Assembly: GCF_965363235.1 (NCBI RefSeq) | Contig: NC_134842.1 | Location: 20,157,521 to 20,221,520 of the forward strand | Length of the DNA stretch: 64,000 nucleotides | Source of the DNA: Mytilus galloprovincialis | Taxonomy: Eukaryota | Reading direction: 5' to 3' | Shown here: one piece after another, positions 11,401-23,934 of the stretch | Layout: every line of letters begins with the position of its first letter | Numbering within the stretch: position 1 is the stretch's first letter | Notes under the pieces: model-generated | What the model was told of the DNA's origin: nothing | The model's input: only the letters and a program-made list of their open reading frames with translations | Database searches by the model: none | Made by a program: the position numbers and the translations under genes

Positions 11401-12300
11401 AATAAAAAATTCAGGTATTTTCCAAATAAATAGAGGGATTAAAGCTGGTTTTATAGATAGCTAAACTTCCCACTTGTATGACTTTTTTAACAGAGTTATC
11501 TCCCTGTAGTGTTATATACCACTTTAATCTTACACTAGATTGTAGTTCGATACAGCCAGCTACTTGTATGATTTTTTTACAGAGTTATTTCCCCCTAGTT
11601 TTTTGTACCACCTTAACCTTACTTTTGATTGTAGGGTTGGAGACCACCACATGGCAAATTCTTCATTAGACATTTATTTCACATCTTTGGGCATTGGTTA
11701 ATTTCTTATGTTTAAAATCCTCCTTCTTAAACGGAAATGCATTTTTTGAAACCTATCATGATCTTTTGTTTATAGCACATGGTCTGGAAATTTAAATCTT
11801 TATTACATTTCTCAATATTTTATAATAATTACTTTACATATAGATATTAGATGAGATTCTATTATTTCATTTGGCTAACATCAATCACATGATAATTTAT
11901 ATGTCCCGATATAAAACTGAATATTTATGTCTGCATCTGGTCTCAGTAACTATGAAACACCAACTAGTAGGAATATTTGAAATCAAACAAGATTTAACTG
12001 AGGAGGCAGGGTCAAACAATCTCCTTTGAAATGAGATGTGCCAGTGTAAAATAATAGAACTTCAACCAAATACTTGATTTTACTTGTAAATTTCTACTTC
12101 AGCATTCAAGTATATATATAAGGATTAAATGTAATTTATTTTTGGAATTTTATAGGGTTGAAACAGTTTGACCACTGCACCATTATATACAGTATATACA
12201 CACTTGTGTTCTTCCAACAAAATGTGCTTCTATCAGTGGTTTTATACTGAAAATAAAATAAACAGTTATTAGAATTTTGAAGTGAACTATGAACTCACAC

Positions 12301-12445
12301 TTTTATGATCATCAGATGATTCCCCTAATGATTCTTCCTCAGAAGATGTATATGGTATATGAATGTCTTCCACTACAGGAGCACTCTTCCTTGGTCCATA
12401 CCTATCTGGAATCTTCTTTTGTTCATCAACTATTGAACCTAATGC
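12301..12445 (-). CDS. Candidate orphan exon encoding ALGSIVDEQKKIPDRYGPRKSAPVVEDIHIPYTSSEEESLGESSDDHK. Acceptor is ttattacgacag; the donor AAAA|GTGTGA is weak.
   Basis: A 48-codon open frame after a good acceptor. The parent gene is unknown. Confidence 0.3.
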
Positions 12446-13249
12446 CTGTCGTAATAATACAAGAAAGAACTGTTAGAACAAAGATATATCTAGCCATTTT
12501 TGTAATTTCAATAGTAAAATGCAAATGTTGAAATTAAAAATAGCAATATTTCTTCAACATTTATAAGTTATGCAAAATATTCAAAAGTCAATGAACCTTG
12601 ATTGAGGAGACTGGGCCAAAATCTCTGTGAAAATGAGATGTGAAAATGTTAATACAACTTCATATCAAATCAGGCCTCTACAATAACTTTTTTTTCAACT
12701 TGTCCTGTAGGACAAGTACATACCAACATTTACTTGTCCGAATGAAATTGTTACTTGTCCAAAAAATTTCTATTAAAAATAATCTTTTTACATTTTTAGT
12801 TGATTTAAGGAGCAAAACGAATTTAAACAATATAACAGAATTTGATTTATTTCTTTTGAAATACTTTTCAAAAATATGAGTCAAGTACAACTGCAAACTA
12901 GTCATGTCACAGGATTTAGGTTCTAGTTTTCATCAATGCCAGTCTCATCACACTCGAAACATGAGGCACAATCTCATAGGCCAATGTACACTCATTGGGC
13001 TTGTATCCTGTTTTTTTAAGTTGAAAAAGCTTATTCAAATGCAATCAATAAAAAAAAGAAGATAAGCCATCATAAGATCTGATGGCCAATGAGACAACTC
13101 TCTGCAAGATACCAAATTACACAGAAATTAACAGCTAGCAGGTCATCATATTGCAAGTATTGTTTTTTTCTCCTTATGATCAAATATGATTTTGTGAAAT
13201 TTATGGCAAATAAAAAAAAAATATTTAAAAAAAATTACCGGTATGAAAA

Positions 13250-13478
13250 ATTTTGTCCTGCATTTTTTTTTAGCTGTAATCTCTGTCCTGCCTTTTTATT
13301 TTTCAGTCTGTTCGGTCCTGCCTTTTTTTTTTTAGTTTATCCTGACTTTTTTTTACCTAAATTGTCGTCCTGAATTTTTTTTTGCAAGTGTCTCATCCTG
13401 CCTTTTTTTTTTACACAAAACTCCTGTCCTGCCTATTTTTTTCAAATTTCATCCTAGCCCCCCCCCCCCCCCCCCCCC
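13250..13478. repeat. Minisatellite (tcctgcc followed by 9-11 T, about 38-bp period, 7 copies) followed by a 21-nt poly-C tract at 13458-13478.
   Basis: Direct reading of the sequence. Confidence 0.85.
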
Positions 13479-15467
13479 TAAAAAAATAAATGGTAGCTCC
13501 CTAAAGTTGAAGAACGCTTTGCATTTGAATAAACAGAATACAGAAACTTGTCAAATTAATATTTGTTTTCTTGTTTTTTGTTTATAAATACTTTGTTCAT
13601 CAAAGTTGGATTAAATTTATTTTCTGCAGAATAATAATGTACTTGTCCGGACGGACAAGCTTGATACAGGTTGCTAATCAATGAATCTGACCGCATTTCA
13701 CACAGTAAATCATGTTCTTACTAAGACAGGCAACAAGTTTCAGAAAGCTCCTAGAAAAATGTGACGAATATTTCATTGACCAGCGGTATACTGCTATTGC
13801 CTTTATTTATACAGGACCATTACCCATGTGTGTTAGAAAATAAAAATATTTGTTTAATAGGAAGTTGATGAGCCATCAATCTGTAAACATATCAAATAAT
13901 AAAATTCTGAATGGAAATGGGGAATGTGTCAAAAGAGACAACAACCTGAATAAAGAGCAACCATATTTCAAGGCATAATGTGGTCTTTATAAGTATGCTT
14001 TTTTAATTTTAATTCATTTATATGTTCTAGCAGTTTAGTGTGATGTCCATTTTTGCTGAACTAGTATACACTTTTTTAAGGAGTTAGCTGAAGCCTGGCT
14101 GTCGGATGCTGGATTTTCTACCTATGTTGAAGACCAATTGGTGGCCTTCAGCTCTGATATGCTTTCTAGTTTGGTTGTCTGTTTGACACATTCCCTGTTT
14201 CTATTACCAATTCTTGTTTTCTGTGTATTACTATAAACCAACTAATTTTCGCCGGAGATGTCTTTTTGAGAATTCCACAAGTAGAAAAATAATGAGAATA
14301 TAAATTGTCTCGAAAATTTAAAACCAAGATCACTTCTTATAAAACAACATCCAGTCAATTTGAAAATCACAATACTAAAACTAAATTGCCACAAAGTAGG
14401 ATAGAAAGGGCTTAATTAGTGCGAAATAAAGTATCTGCGAAAATTACTTGGTTTACAGTAATTGGTATAATAACCACCTGACTGACTGAGGCAGATTGGT
14501 CATCTCTCAAAGCTTCTGTGGATGCTAGTTTACCAGTAACCTGTATTCTAGGACATTTACCACCAGTTGACTTTCTGGCTGATTGCTTTTTTCTTTTAAC
14601 CTTTAATAGTAATTATTTCATTCTTAATTCTCTAGTCTGTACAATTTTTAAATAAACATATGTTTAATGATTATCAGCAAATTATTCAAGCACTAAGCAA
14701 AAACTTCAAGGAAACAAAATTTTTCCAGTTAAATAGTGTTTAGTTATAGGATTCCCTGAATTGGAAAATCTCTATTTTCAGGCATAGGCTCATATAAATT
14801 TGACTTTGGAATAATTACAATACATCTGATAAATAAAATGAGTGTTCAGATGCTTATAATACTTAATATATAATATTCAAGGGCATTTAAAAGGCAAATT
14901 TTTGCAAAATTTCAAATTTTTAGGCCAAAATCTTGACAGTTGAAGATATTTAATTTATACGTCAAAAATAAAAATCCAAATGTCAATACTAAAATGACCC
15001 TAGTTTCTCTAATAATTGTCATATGGCCATGAAACTTGGCAAACTATCTCATAATTACCTAAGCTTAGGTTATTCAAAGTTTTATAAAGATTGGTCAAGT
15101 TTTTCTGTCCTATCAGGTCCAAGGACACAGTTATTGTCCTTTGATTTTCGTTGTCTACGAATATAGTCCCTAGTGTAAACAGACTTTACACATATGGCCT
15201 TTTTTGTGATAATTTTTTAGTACATATTTCCTTTATATTCATTTTCTCAGTTCAAACATGTCTAATGTCAAATCATCGCAAAAAAAAATGTTTTGTCTTT
15301 CAACATCAATTCTTTCTAAACTTATTAATCTCATGATCTTGTTTGTCTTTTTAAATGCTTTTATATTTTGTTATATTGCTGGTGTCAAAATGATATAGAG
15401 TTTGCATACATGTATATTTGACAAAACAATCAAATCAAATATCAATGAAAATGCAATTTTTCATTAA

Positions 15468-16810
15468 TCAATGAAAATTGGTATCCAAGAAAATAATGAA
15501 ATCCACAGTATCAGGATAGTCTACCTCTTTATATTCAAAGCCACCACTTGGCATGTCAGTTCTAAGAGGTAATACATCCTGGGCTGTTTTATCTTTATCT
15601 TGGTATGTATCTGCTGCTCTTTCACCTACTGGCTCACTCCCAAATAAGCCCCCATATGCCACATTAGAAGACTGAATTGAGTCAAAACTCGCCATTGATG
15701 GCGGTTTTAACTGTGGCTGCTGAAATCCAAAACTGAAACCACTTCCAAATCCACTTCCGACTTCACTACCACCACCTCCACCATATATATTTTGAGTTGT
15801 CTCTGCCTGGCTAGGAATCATCCCATATGATCGCACACTATCAAAATTAGAACCACTAAAAGGTGCACTAACACTGCTTGACTGTTGACCAAATAATTCA
15901 TTAGTTGCTGTAACCTGGCTCCCAAAACTAAAACCTTTTGGATTTAAAGGTTCATATCTCCTACTTTTAGTAGAACAACTTTTGGTAAAATGATATGGAC
16001 TAAAAGACCTGACACAAGCTGCAGATTGTTGTTGTTGTTGCTGAACCCATGGCTGAAACCTTTGCTCTTGTTGCTGAAACTGGGACTGCAACATTTGCTG
16101 TTTTTGCTTAACTTGTGACTGAAACATTTGCTGTTGTTGATGAATCTGGGGCTGAAACATTTGCTGTTGTTGTTGAACCTGGGGCTGAAACATTTGCTGT
16201 TGTTGTCGAACCTGGGGCTGAAACATTTGCTGTTGTTGATGAATCTGGGGATGAAACATTTGCTGTTGTTGTTGAACCTGGGGCTGAAACATTTGCTGTT
16301 GTTGTTGAACCTGGGGATGAAACATTTGCTGTTGTTGTTGAACCTGGGGCTGAAACATTTGCTGTTGTTGTTGGACCTGGGGCTGAAACATTTGCTGTTG
16401 TTGTTGAACCTGGGACTGAAACATTTGCTGTTGTTGTTGAACCTGGGGCTGAAACATTTGCTGTGGTTGCTGTACATTGGAACCCAACATTTGCTGTTGT
16501 TGTTGATAAACATTGGACTGCAACAAAGGTAATGGATCAGGTCTTGATGGTTTATACAAGGAATGGAGTTGCTCTACTACTAAATTTTGTTGTCGCTCAT
16601 CAAACACCTGTTGTCCTAGTTCTTGAACCTGATTCTGCACCACTTGTTGTTTTTCCTGAAACTTGGCTTTCAAATTTTCTTGTAGTTGCTGCTGAATCTG
16701 ACCCGGCAATGAAAGTGGTTGTGATCCTGATGATTGAAAAGTTGTAGAAAAAGGATCAGGTCCTCCTCTTAAACGTAATACCATATGAATTGAACTTTCA
16801 TTTGTTATTC
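15468..16810 (-). CDS. Large exon of the ubiquitin-like plus repeat protein. It completes the UBL fold (RITNESSIHMVLRLRGG). About 14 tandem 11-aa MFQPQVQQQQQ repeats (33-bp period, 16050-16500) follow, then a G/F/S-rich tail (GGGGGSEVGSGFGSGFSFGF). The TGA lies at 15468-15470.
   Basis: Acceptor is ttaattctattacag. Only this frame reconstitutes the ubiquitin C-terminal ...HMVLRLRGG. The overlapping ORFs 16115-16747(+), 16128-16532(+) and 15944-16513(-) are frame shadows of the tandem repeat. Confidence 0.6.
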
Positions 16811-17897
16811 CTGTAATAGAATTAATCATTATCTTAAACTTAATGACTTACACAACCAACGCTGGTTACTAAACATTTAGTTGCAAATTTCAAGCATACA
16901 CTAAGAACAAGAACCCTAACTAAAGAGGGTGCGCACAATTTTTCATGACGTCACAATAGGAGGATCTCAAGTTCAGAAGAAACCAAGAAGACTTCACGTT
17001 ACAATTGAATTTTGATCAACAGATATTATTAAAACTAGTGAGGAGAAATTTTTTTCACACACCAATCAAGAAATGTGTAAATAGAACAAAAATTAGAAAA
17101 TATACAAATGCATGTAGTCTATGGAAAGAATGTTATTTTCACAAATTGTTGTGTACTGACATCCTCAAAGAAATGTCACTTTGGTTGGGTTTTTTTCAAC
17201 ACAAAAAATGTGATATTTTACCAATTGCATTAAATTCAAATCTTATTTACATAGAAGTATCAAAAAATGTTTAATCTCTTTCCTTAGCTTGTTTTGAAAA
17301 AGCAATAAGTTTAATAAAACAGGAAAAGTGTCATTATCTCAAATTTTCCTGATGCAGTCATTAACACTTGCAGAAGATATTTTGTAGTTTTGGAATGAAA
17401 TCTAAGTTTATTTTTGTGACATCAATTGATAACTTTCTCTGGTCTAATGCCATAATCTTATCTTTTTGTTGATAATTAATCAACTTAGCAGACGTAATTG
17501 AATCCGTCAGGGACAAATATGGCATGAAGGCAACACCAATAAGGCCAATTGCCTAGCTTTAAAAATTATCATAAAATGATTATTACAGAGAAAATTAATT
17601 TTGACAGTATTTAACTTTTTTCTATCTGCACATTTTTGTTTTGGTCATGTCTGATCATGAATGTTTTTCTTTTTAGTGTTTAAGACAGATCTTTGACAGT
17701 AAAATATCAAAACTAACGAATTTCTAAGGAAAATTCAAAACGAAAAGTCTTTTATTAAATGGCAAAAGCTCAATTTATTTCAGAGGCTTTTGAGGTTGAC
17801 CTATATTTGAAAACTGTATATCATCCACGAAAATTTGTATCCAATGAACAATAATGAATCCACAGTAATATTAGTAGAAAACAAAATGTTAACTTGC

Positions 17898-18083
17898 TGT
17901 AATCCTCTAATGTACGACCATCTTCTAGCTGTTTTCCATCAAAAACCAATCTCTGTTGATCTATTGGGATCCCTTCTAATTCTTGTATCTTGACCTTGAC
18001 TTGTTCTATTGTATCAGAGGCAAGTAGTTCTACTCCTCCAATAGTTTTACCTGTCAGAGTCTTCACAAACAAACTTCTAGTGT
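17898..18083 (-). CDS. Exon encoding most of a ubiquitin-like domain: (D)[61 protein letters not shown]. Acceptor is tgattgtttattacag. The only frame-preserving donor is a GC donor, A|GCAAGT.
   Basis: Close match to ubiquitin [59 protein letters not shown], which is established knowledge. Joining through GC-AG to the 16810 acceptor gives DYRITNESSIHMVLRLRGG, the same length as ubiquitin DYNIQKESTLHLVLRLRGG. Confidence 0.6.
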
Positions 18084-19459
18084 CTGTAATAAACAATCAA
18101 TATACTTGTAGAAGGTCCTTTATACTTGTTTATATATGTGATATTTGTGCATATTGATTGGATGTTTATTATAAAGTCTCAAAAAAAAAATGGAAGGGTT
18201 CTGTGGAACCCAGTGTCTCGCTTTTGATCACAAACAAGCTTCTGTCCAAGTACAAATCCAGGCTAGTTTAAGAAAGTTATTAAAATTTTAAAAACTTTAA
18301 CCACAGAGTGAATGTAATGTTTCCTGGCAAAAAAACTAAGTCCATTTTTTAAGTAAAATACGGAAAAAATGTTGTTTTTTTTAAGTTTTACTTTTGGATA
18401 CTATATCTTATGATCATAAACAAGCTTCTGTCTAAGTTTGTTTGAATCCAGGCCAGTTAAAGAAAATCATTAAAATTTCAAAAACTTTAATCACAGAGTG
18501 GATATTTGTGGACGCCACCGCCGACAACGCCAAAGCCAAAGGGAATGTAGGGTCGCTATGTCTCGCTTTTTTCGACAAGTCAAAGGCTTGACAAAAAATG
18601 AGGGCAAAGCCCAGGATATCTTTGCAGTTATCATGCATTGAAATTAAAGGAACTTCATACTGTAATTTCATTGAGAGTACCCCTGGAGATAATAAAACTT
18701 AGGTAAAGGGATCTTAGTTCCATCTCAGTGGAAACATACAGTAGTGAACAAGCAAAGTTATTTGGATTGGAAGGGGTTCTAAAAAATTTCTAAACACTGT
18801 ATGCCCCTATTTTTGTTTAGGGGCCAGCTGAAGCTGAGTGCATGATTTTCTCTCTGTATTGAAGACCCATTGGTGGCCTTCGGCTGTTTTCTGCTCTTTG
18901 GTCCAGTTGTTGTCTCTTTGGCAATTTCCCATTCCATTCTTAATTTTATGTGATGTTAACAACAGCTACTATGCAAAATTTCGTTTCAAAGCACATAAAA
19001 ATAGAAAAGTAAGGAGCCGTGGTGAGATTCCAATGCGACAACTATCCACCAAAGTTCAAATGAAGTGTATGTAAACAATTATAGGCAACCATACCGTCTA
19101 AAACAATGAGAAAAAATCATACCATATAGTCTGCTATTAAAGACCCTGACATGAAAATATGAAACAATTCAACTGAAAAAACAGCCTTAGTTATAACAAA
19201 ACAATTGATAAAAAACAAATATGTTACTCAGCAACAAGCCAAAACTACAGACTTGGATAAGGCACATATGTGGCTGGGTTAGCACATACAGTTCTCATGT
19301 AAATGACTTCAAATTTCATTTTCCAATCAAACAAAGACTATAACTCCTGAATGGGAATAGTGAAAACCATCACCAACTTTAGACATCTCCTTAAATAAAA
19401 AAAACATATTTTCCCTCATTATGATATATAGTCCTTGTAATTGATATTAAACAGCTTAC

Positions 19460-19547
19460 CAGGAAATATATCTTTGAAAGTTTTCATGATGTCCATACTA
19501 TTCTCACTTCCACTCTTCTGACAAAACTTTACAACATTTTCCATTAC
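19460..19547 (-). CDS. Candidate exon encoding V-MENVVKFCQKSGSENSMDIMKTFKDIFP(G/D). Acceptor is tttattacag and donor is CCTG|GTAAGC. An ATG lies 3 nt after the acceptor. It ends in phase 1, matching the phase-1 start of the UBL exon.
   Basis: Only one of the three frames is open, and it is the one that is phase-compatible with exon 17898-18083. The splice sites are strong. Confidence 0.4.
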
Positions 19548-19834
19548 CTGTAATAAATGTTTTATCAATAGGTTTTGCCAAAACTGTCAAAACTTGAAGT
19601 GGTAAGAAGTAAGTGTTTTATTTTCCTGTTTTGTGTTGTTTAATGCTCATTTCTAAATATTTGTAAACTCTGTGTAAGTTTAAACAACACAGGAACATGA
19701 AATTTCAAAAGACAACATCCGACATAAACTAAGCATCTGCTGAACATTATAAACATATATCTATCCACTCAGCAAACCAAGCATATTTAATTTAGTGTGA
19801 CCTCCATTTTTGCCGAACTAGTATACATTTTTTA

Positions 19835-20000
19835 AGGTGGTCAGCTGAAGCCTGCATCTGGGTGTATGATTTACTCACTGTTTAGAAGGCTAGCTATAGG
19901 TTATTTGACCCATTGGTGGCCTTTCAGCTATTTTTCTGCTCTTTGGTTGGGTTGTTGCCTCTTTGACACATTCCCCGTTTTCATTCTCAATTCTATATGA
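19835..20000 (+). mobile_element. SINE family B full copy (ggtcagctgaagcctgcatctgggtg...cccattggtggcctttcagctatttttctgctctttggttgggttgttgcctctttgacacattccccgttttcattctcaattct).
   Basis: Copies also at 14075-14230, 18815-18950 and 43235-43380. Truncated 3' parts lie at 48245-48330, 50185-50270 and 55470-55520. Confidence 0.7.
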
Positions 20001-20945
20001 ACAACTACAGTAACAAATGAAGGCTGACATGCATACTCCTTAAAGTAAATGGCCATCAAATATCTATTTAATCATAAACATCAGACTGGAATGAACAATA
20101 TCCACAAGAAAATGTTCTATATCATATGTTAGCTCCTATATGTTCTGAAAGTAGGCGATATGGTCATAAAATGAAATAAACTCAAATACTTGGTTCATTA
20201 TTCAACAATATATGTTTTTTTTTTATTTCAAAACTTGTTGTCTTTGGCTTTTCTATGCCTATATCACCCATGGCCTAACAAGTCACTTCATAATTTTTAT
20301 ATCATAATTTTGCTAGAAGGACCAAACAATTCAGTGTTGATTGAAAGTCTTTAATAGTTTCTTATCAAATGATGAACAACTCTTTCAAACTTAGAGATTG
20401 ACATGTTTTAGACAAACTAACTATTGTTGAAGACTGTATGTTGATATCTAAATGTCTTGGGTTATTTGTGTTTTTGGGTTCAAGTCTTAAAACAATGAAT
20501 ACCATACATATCCTTTTATTCATACATATCCTTGTATTCATACATATTTGAGTATTTACTGCTATTTTACATTTAGTTTTTGATAAAAAGAACATCAAAC
20601 AGCTGACAGAAAACTTCAGAATCACATTCAATTTCTTATCAGGGAATGTTGTTGAATGTAAAAATAAATAAATTGGAAGATCCAAGAGAGTGGTGCTCAA
20701 ATAAATTTTGCATAGGTTATAGTATAGATTTCAATTACCTAAACAATTGTGAAGTAAAGGAGTACAAAAGTTGGCTCGTCATACCTTCTGCTCTAGATTC
20801 TTAGCAATCTAATTAAAATTAGTCCTCCACACTTACTACTCTTTGTTACAACGAGGAGCATATGCGCCAAAACAAATTTTAATTACATTGTTTTTTAGAC
20901 CTCATGTTTTTAAACATGGACATCACTTTGGTGATAAAAGAAAGT

Positions 20946-21119
20946 TTAATTATCACAATTAAGAATATTTACAGTAAATTTCAAATCTTTATTTTCTTCT
21001 TTTTTCAAATCATCAACATAGTCTAGTATTGATGAGTAACATCGCTCAGCCTCCATCTGGGAAAAAGTCTCAGCTATTGCTCCTTTACGTAATAATTCCT
21101 CAATAGCCACAACAGGGTC
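20946..21119 (-). CDS. PARP4-like last identified exon encoding DPVVAIEELLRKGAIAETFSQMEAERCYSSILDYVDDLKKEENKDLKFTVNILNCDN. Its TAA is at 20946-20948. An alternative in-frame donor ACT|GTAAAT at 20973 could instead splice onward.
   Basis: Acceptor is ccttttttag. The frame is continuous with the upstream exons, and an ATTAAA sits downstream on the minus strand. Confidence 0.5.
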   Translation of the reverse strand, partial: DPVVAIEELLRKGAIAETFSQMEAERCYSSILDYVDDLKKEENKDLKFTVNILNCDN

Positions 21120-22449
21120 CTAAAAAAGGTGACAATATTCAATCAATACATCTGTAAAAATCATTTTTATATTATAAAAAATAAATTGCTTTGCTGAGCA
21201 CAGTTATATTTCTATTATAAATTAGAAAATACGTGGAGCCACAAACGTCAAAATTATTTAATCACGTAGTGAAATGAACCATTTGTGGATTCTTATAAAT
21301 TCTATAGATATTTTGAACTATTTTAAATCTTGGTCTATTTCTGAAATTAATACTTACATACTTTTGATTTTTTAACTCTGTATGCTAACATTGCCCATGT
21401 GAAATTTTAGAGTTGTTTGTATAAACATTGAACGACAAAAATATGTGACGAATAAATTTTCTGACGTCAGACACGCGAAATTGTTTCTTTTAAAATTGAA
21501 ACACGATGATGACTGCTGTACCCGTATTTTGACTTTTTTGTTTATTATGTTTGTTTAGTTTATGCATCATTGTAAACATAATGGAATTTGATGAGATTGT
21601 CGTACAAAGTGAGAGGTTTAGCGCTATAAAACCAGGTTTAATCCACCATTTTCTACATTTAAAAATGCCTGTACCAAGTCAGGAATATGATAGTTGTTGT
21701 CCATTCGTTTTTGATGTGTTTTGTCATTTGATTTTGCCATGTGATTCGGGACTTTCTGATTTGATTTTCCTCTGAGTTCAGTATTTTTGTGATTTTACTT
21801 TTTTTCGGATACTTCCGCGGAGATCCAACCCTGAACAGTTGGGGCAAAAATGGACACAATATTTACTCTTGATACAGGTCCAAATTTGGGTTGTAATTAA
21901 AAATTTGACACATAATATGTTTCTTACACAGAATAACTGTGGTCAAAGACTTAGAATTGGTTATGTGATTTTAAGTCATATTCATTTTTTAGCTTTTGTG
22001 AAACCCACAATGCTGTTGCAAACCCTCCTCCCCCTAACCCCCTTTTATAAAAAAAAGTGTTAAAAGATCACCATAAAAGTTTTAAAATAACTATATTACA
22101 CATTCTCGTAGTTCTTGTTTCAGCAAGTAAGATTTACTCATCAAATGTAAAAAATGTGAGCTTATAATTGAATAGTGGTTAAGTTTAATCCCTTTTAGTA
22201 GGATTTCCCTGTTAGCAGACAAAATATAGCCTTATTGTAGGAATAACCTTTAGTCATTTTTTGTCTTAATTAGAAAAATATCATATTTACCATGTTCACA
22301 TATACATTTATATGTATTATTTCTGGGACATGTTTTAAAAAATAATTTGCAATTAGAATAATATAAGATCCCTTCCTAATTGATACCCATTACTGAAATA
22401 TGCACTGACGGTGTAACTGATAAAAATTAAATTAAAATAGGGACCACAC

Positions 22450-22557
22450 CTTCTCTTCAAACATGTCTGCATTCTGCCAGTCCATATAAGGCAAAACATT
22501 AACAGTCTCCTTGGCAACCAAATCAGCAATTGATGGTCCATCTGTCTTTTCTTCATC
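22450..22557 (-). CDS. PARP4-like exon encoding DEEKTDGPSIADLVAKETVNVLPYMDWQNADMFEEK.
   Basis: Acceptor is tttttttttatgtag and donor is AAG|GTGTGG. It matches the recalled human PARP4 ...IAKEDVDFLPYMSWQGEP. Confidence 0.65.
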
Positions 22558-23163
22558 CTACATAAAAAAAAATACCACACATTTTTTGGTATGTTACTTT
22601 GTATAAAAAAAAATGTTGACACAGAGATATGTCTCACCTGCATGAAATTTTGATAGTAAAATTCAAATGATGAAATAAAAATAGCAATAATTTAACAGTT
22701 TAACTTTGCAAAGCATACAAAGTTAATAAACCATGACTAACAATGCAGGCAGGGCAATATAATCTCTATTGAAATGAGATGTGCCAATTCTAATACAATT
22801 GCCTACCAAAATTCATTGACCTCCCAGTAAACATCCTATTCTTATAAACTGGTACTTTTTAAGGTGGTATGTAACACTACAGGGAGACAACTTTGTAAAA
22901 GTCAGATGAACATATTAATCATGTTCTATTGTTAAGAAACTTTCAAGATTCTCAATATCAAAATAAGTATTTGTAAAACTTCTATATATCCACGGATTTC
23001 TTTCGGATATTATAAAGCATATGTTCAAGATTTTTGAAATTTTTACATTTTTGTAAACGGGTCAACATACATATTTTCAAAATTTTATGAAAATTAAACA
23101 AACCCAATTAATATTAGTCATGGTGTTTGGTACCATATTAAAGGACACACACAATTGACTTAC

Positions 23164-23265
23164 TTTTTCTCTCTCTTCCACAGCTATAAAACTTGTATAG
23201 GGGGTAACTATAGAATACTCCTTGCTTAGATCTATGATGTACGATTTTTTCTCCACTTTCTGGAC
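23164..23265 (-). CDS. PARP4-like exon encoding VQKVEKKSYIIDLSKEYSIVTPYTSFIAVEEREK.
   Basis: Donor is AAAAA|GTAAGT. The TSFIAVE motif matches the recalled human LITQFTSFVAVEKRDE (ITIH/VWA5A/PARP4 family). Confidence 0.7.
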
Positions 23266-23934
23266 CTTTGAACATAATTATAATAAATTGAATTCATCAG
23301 CTTAAAAATTAATAAATGTGTTTTGTTTGAAAATACAGTTTATTCCTTTTACTGTGTCAAGCAATCTCATTAAAATGAGCTGTAACAGTTAATTTTTTTG
23401 CTACGATACTCTCCACCCAAACCACGGTAAGAGGAAGTGTATGTAGCGTATCACAATATAGGATTTTAATCAGATGTTTGTCAAGCTATAAAGTGTAATC
23501 CTTTTATATCTTAAAATCTACATGTGCTAACTTATAATTTGGACCTGTACACATGATAACCTAACATTGCATTCATTATTTTAAATATTCAAATAACATT
23601 AATCATATATCTTTTAAAATACAGCTAGTTCTTATTTCTTCCATTGGTGTCAAGTTTTTTTAATCTATCCATATACTCAAACTTGTTACAAAATTCCTAG
23701 GATATATTCAATTGTCTCTTTCAGGACCAATGATCATGACTCTTGTCCTCCCAGATGTTATGCAAGTAAAGATTACAAAGACAGGGGTCATAATCACTTG
23801 ACCTTCAACGGTGTTCACCTTCTTACAATAGCTATAGCTCTACCGGTATATACTGTGAATTCTTAACTCACTGCAAAGTTTTTATTGATGCAAATAATGT
23901 GCCTGAATGAGTATCACAATAATAACCAGGTACT

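Noticed and set aside
12706-13660. p53 response elements (GGACAAGTAC-type).
   Set aside because: They match RRRCWWGYYY at only 9 of 10 positions and lack the paired-decamer arrangement.
15944-16747. Long ORFs on both strands (210 aa ETFAVVVEPGA repeats, 134 aa L-rich, 189 aa SKCFSPRFNNN repeats) overlapping the Q-repeat region.
   Set aside because: They are alternative-frame and antisense readings of the same 33-bp tandem repeat. Only the minus-strand MFQPQVQQQQQ frame connects in frame to the ubiquitin C-terminus RLRGG and to a consensus acceptor.
17821-18096. A GT donor (CAA|GTTAAC) for the ubiquitin-like exon.
   Set aside because: Every GT-donor and acceptor combination gives an in-frame stop within 4 codons. 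Only the GC donor GCAAGT with the tattacag acceptor preserves the frame and the ubiquitin length.
18432-18671. 79-aa minus-strand ORF upstream of the UBL exon as a possible 5' exon.
   Set aside because: It lies within a pair of 110-bp direct repeats (18190-18300 and 18415-18500), has no splice-site support, and has a non-protein-like composition.
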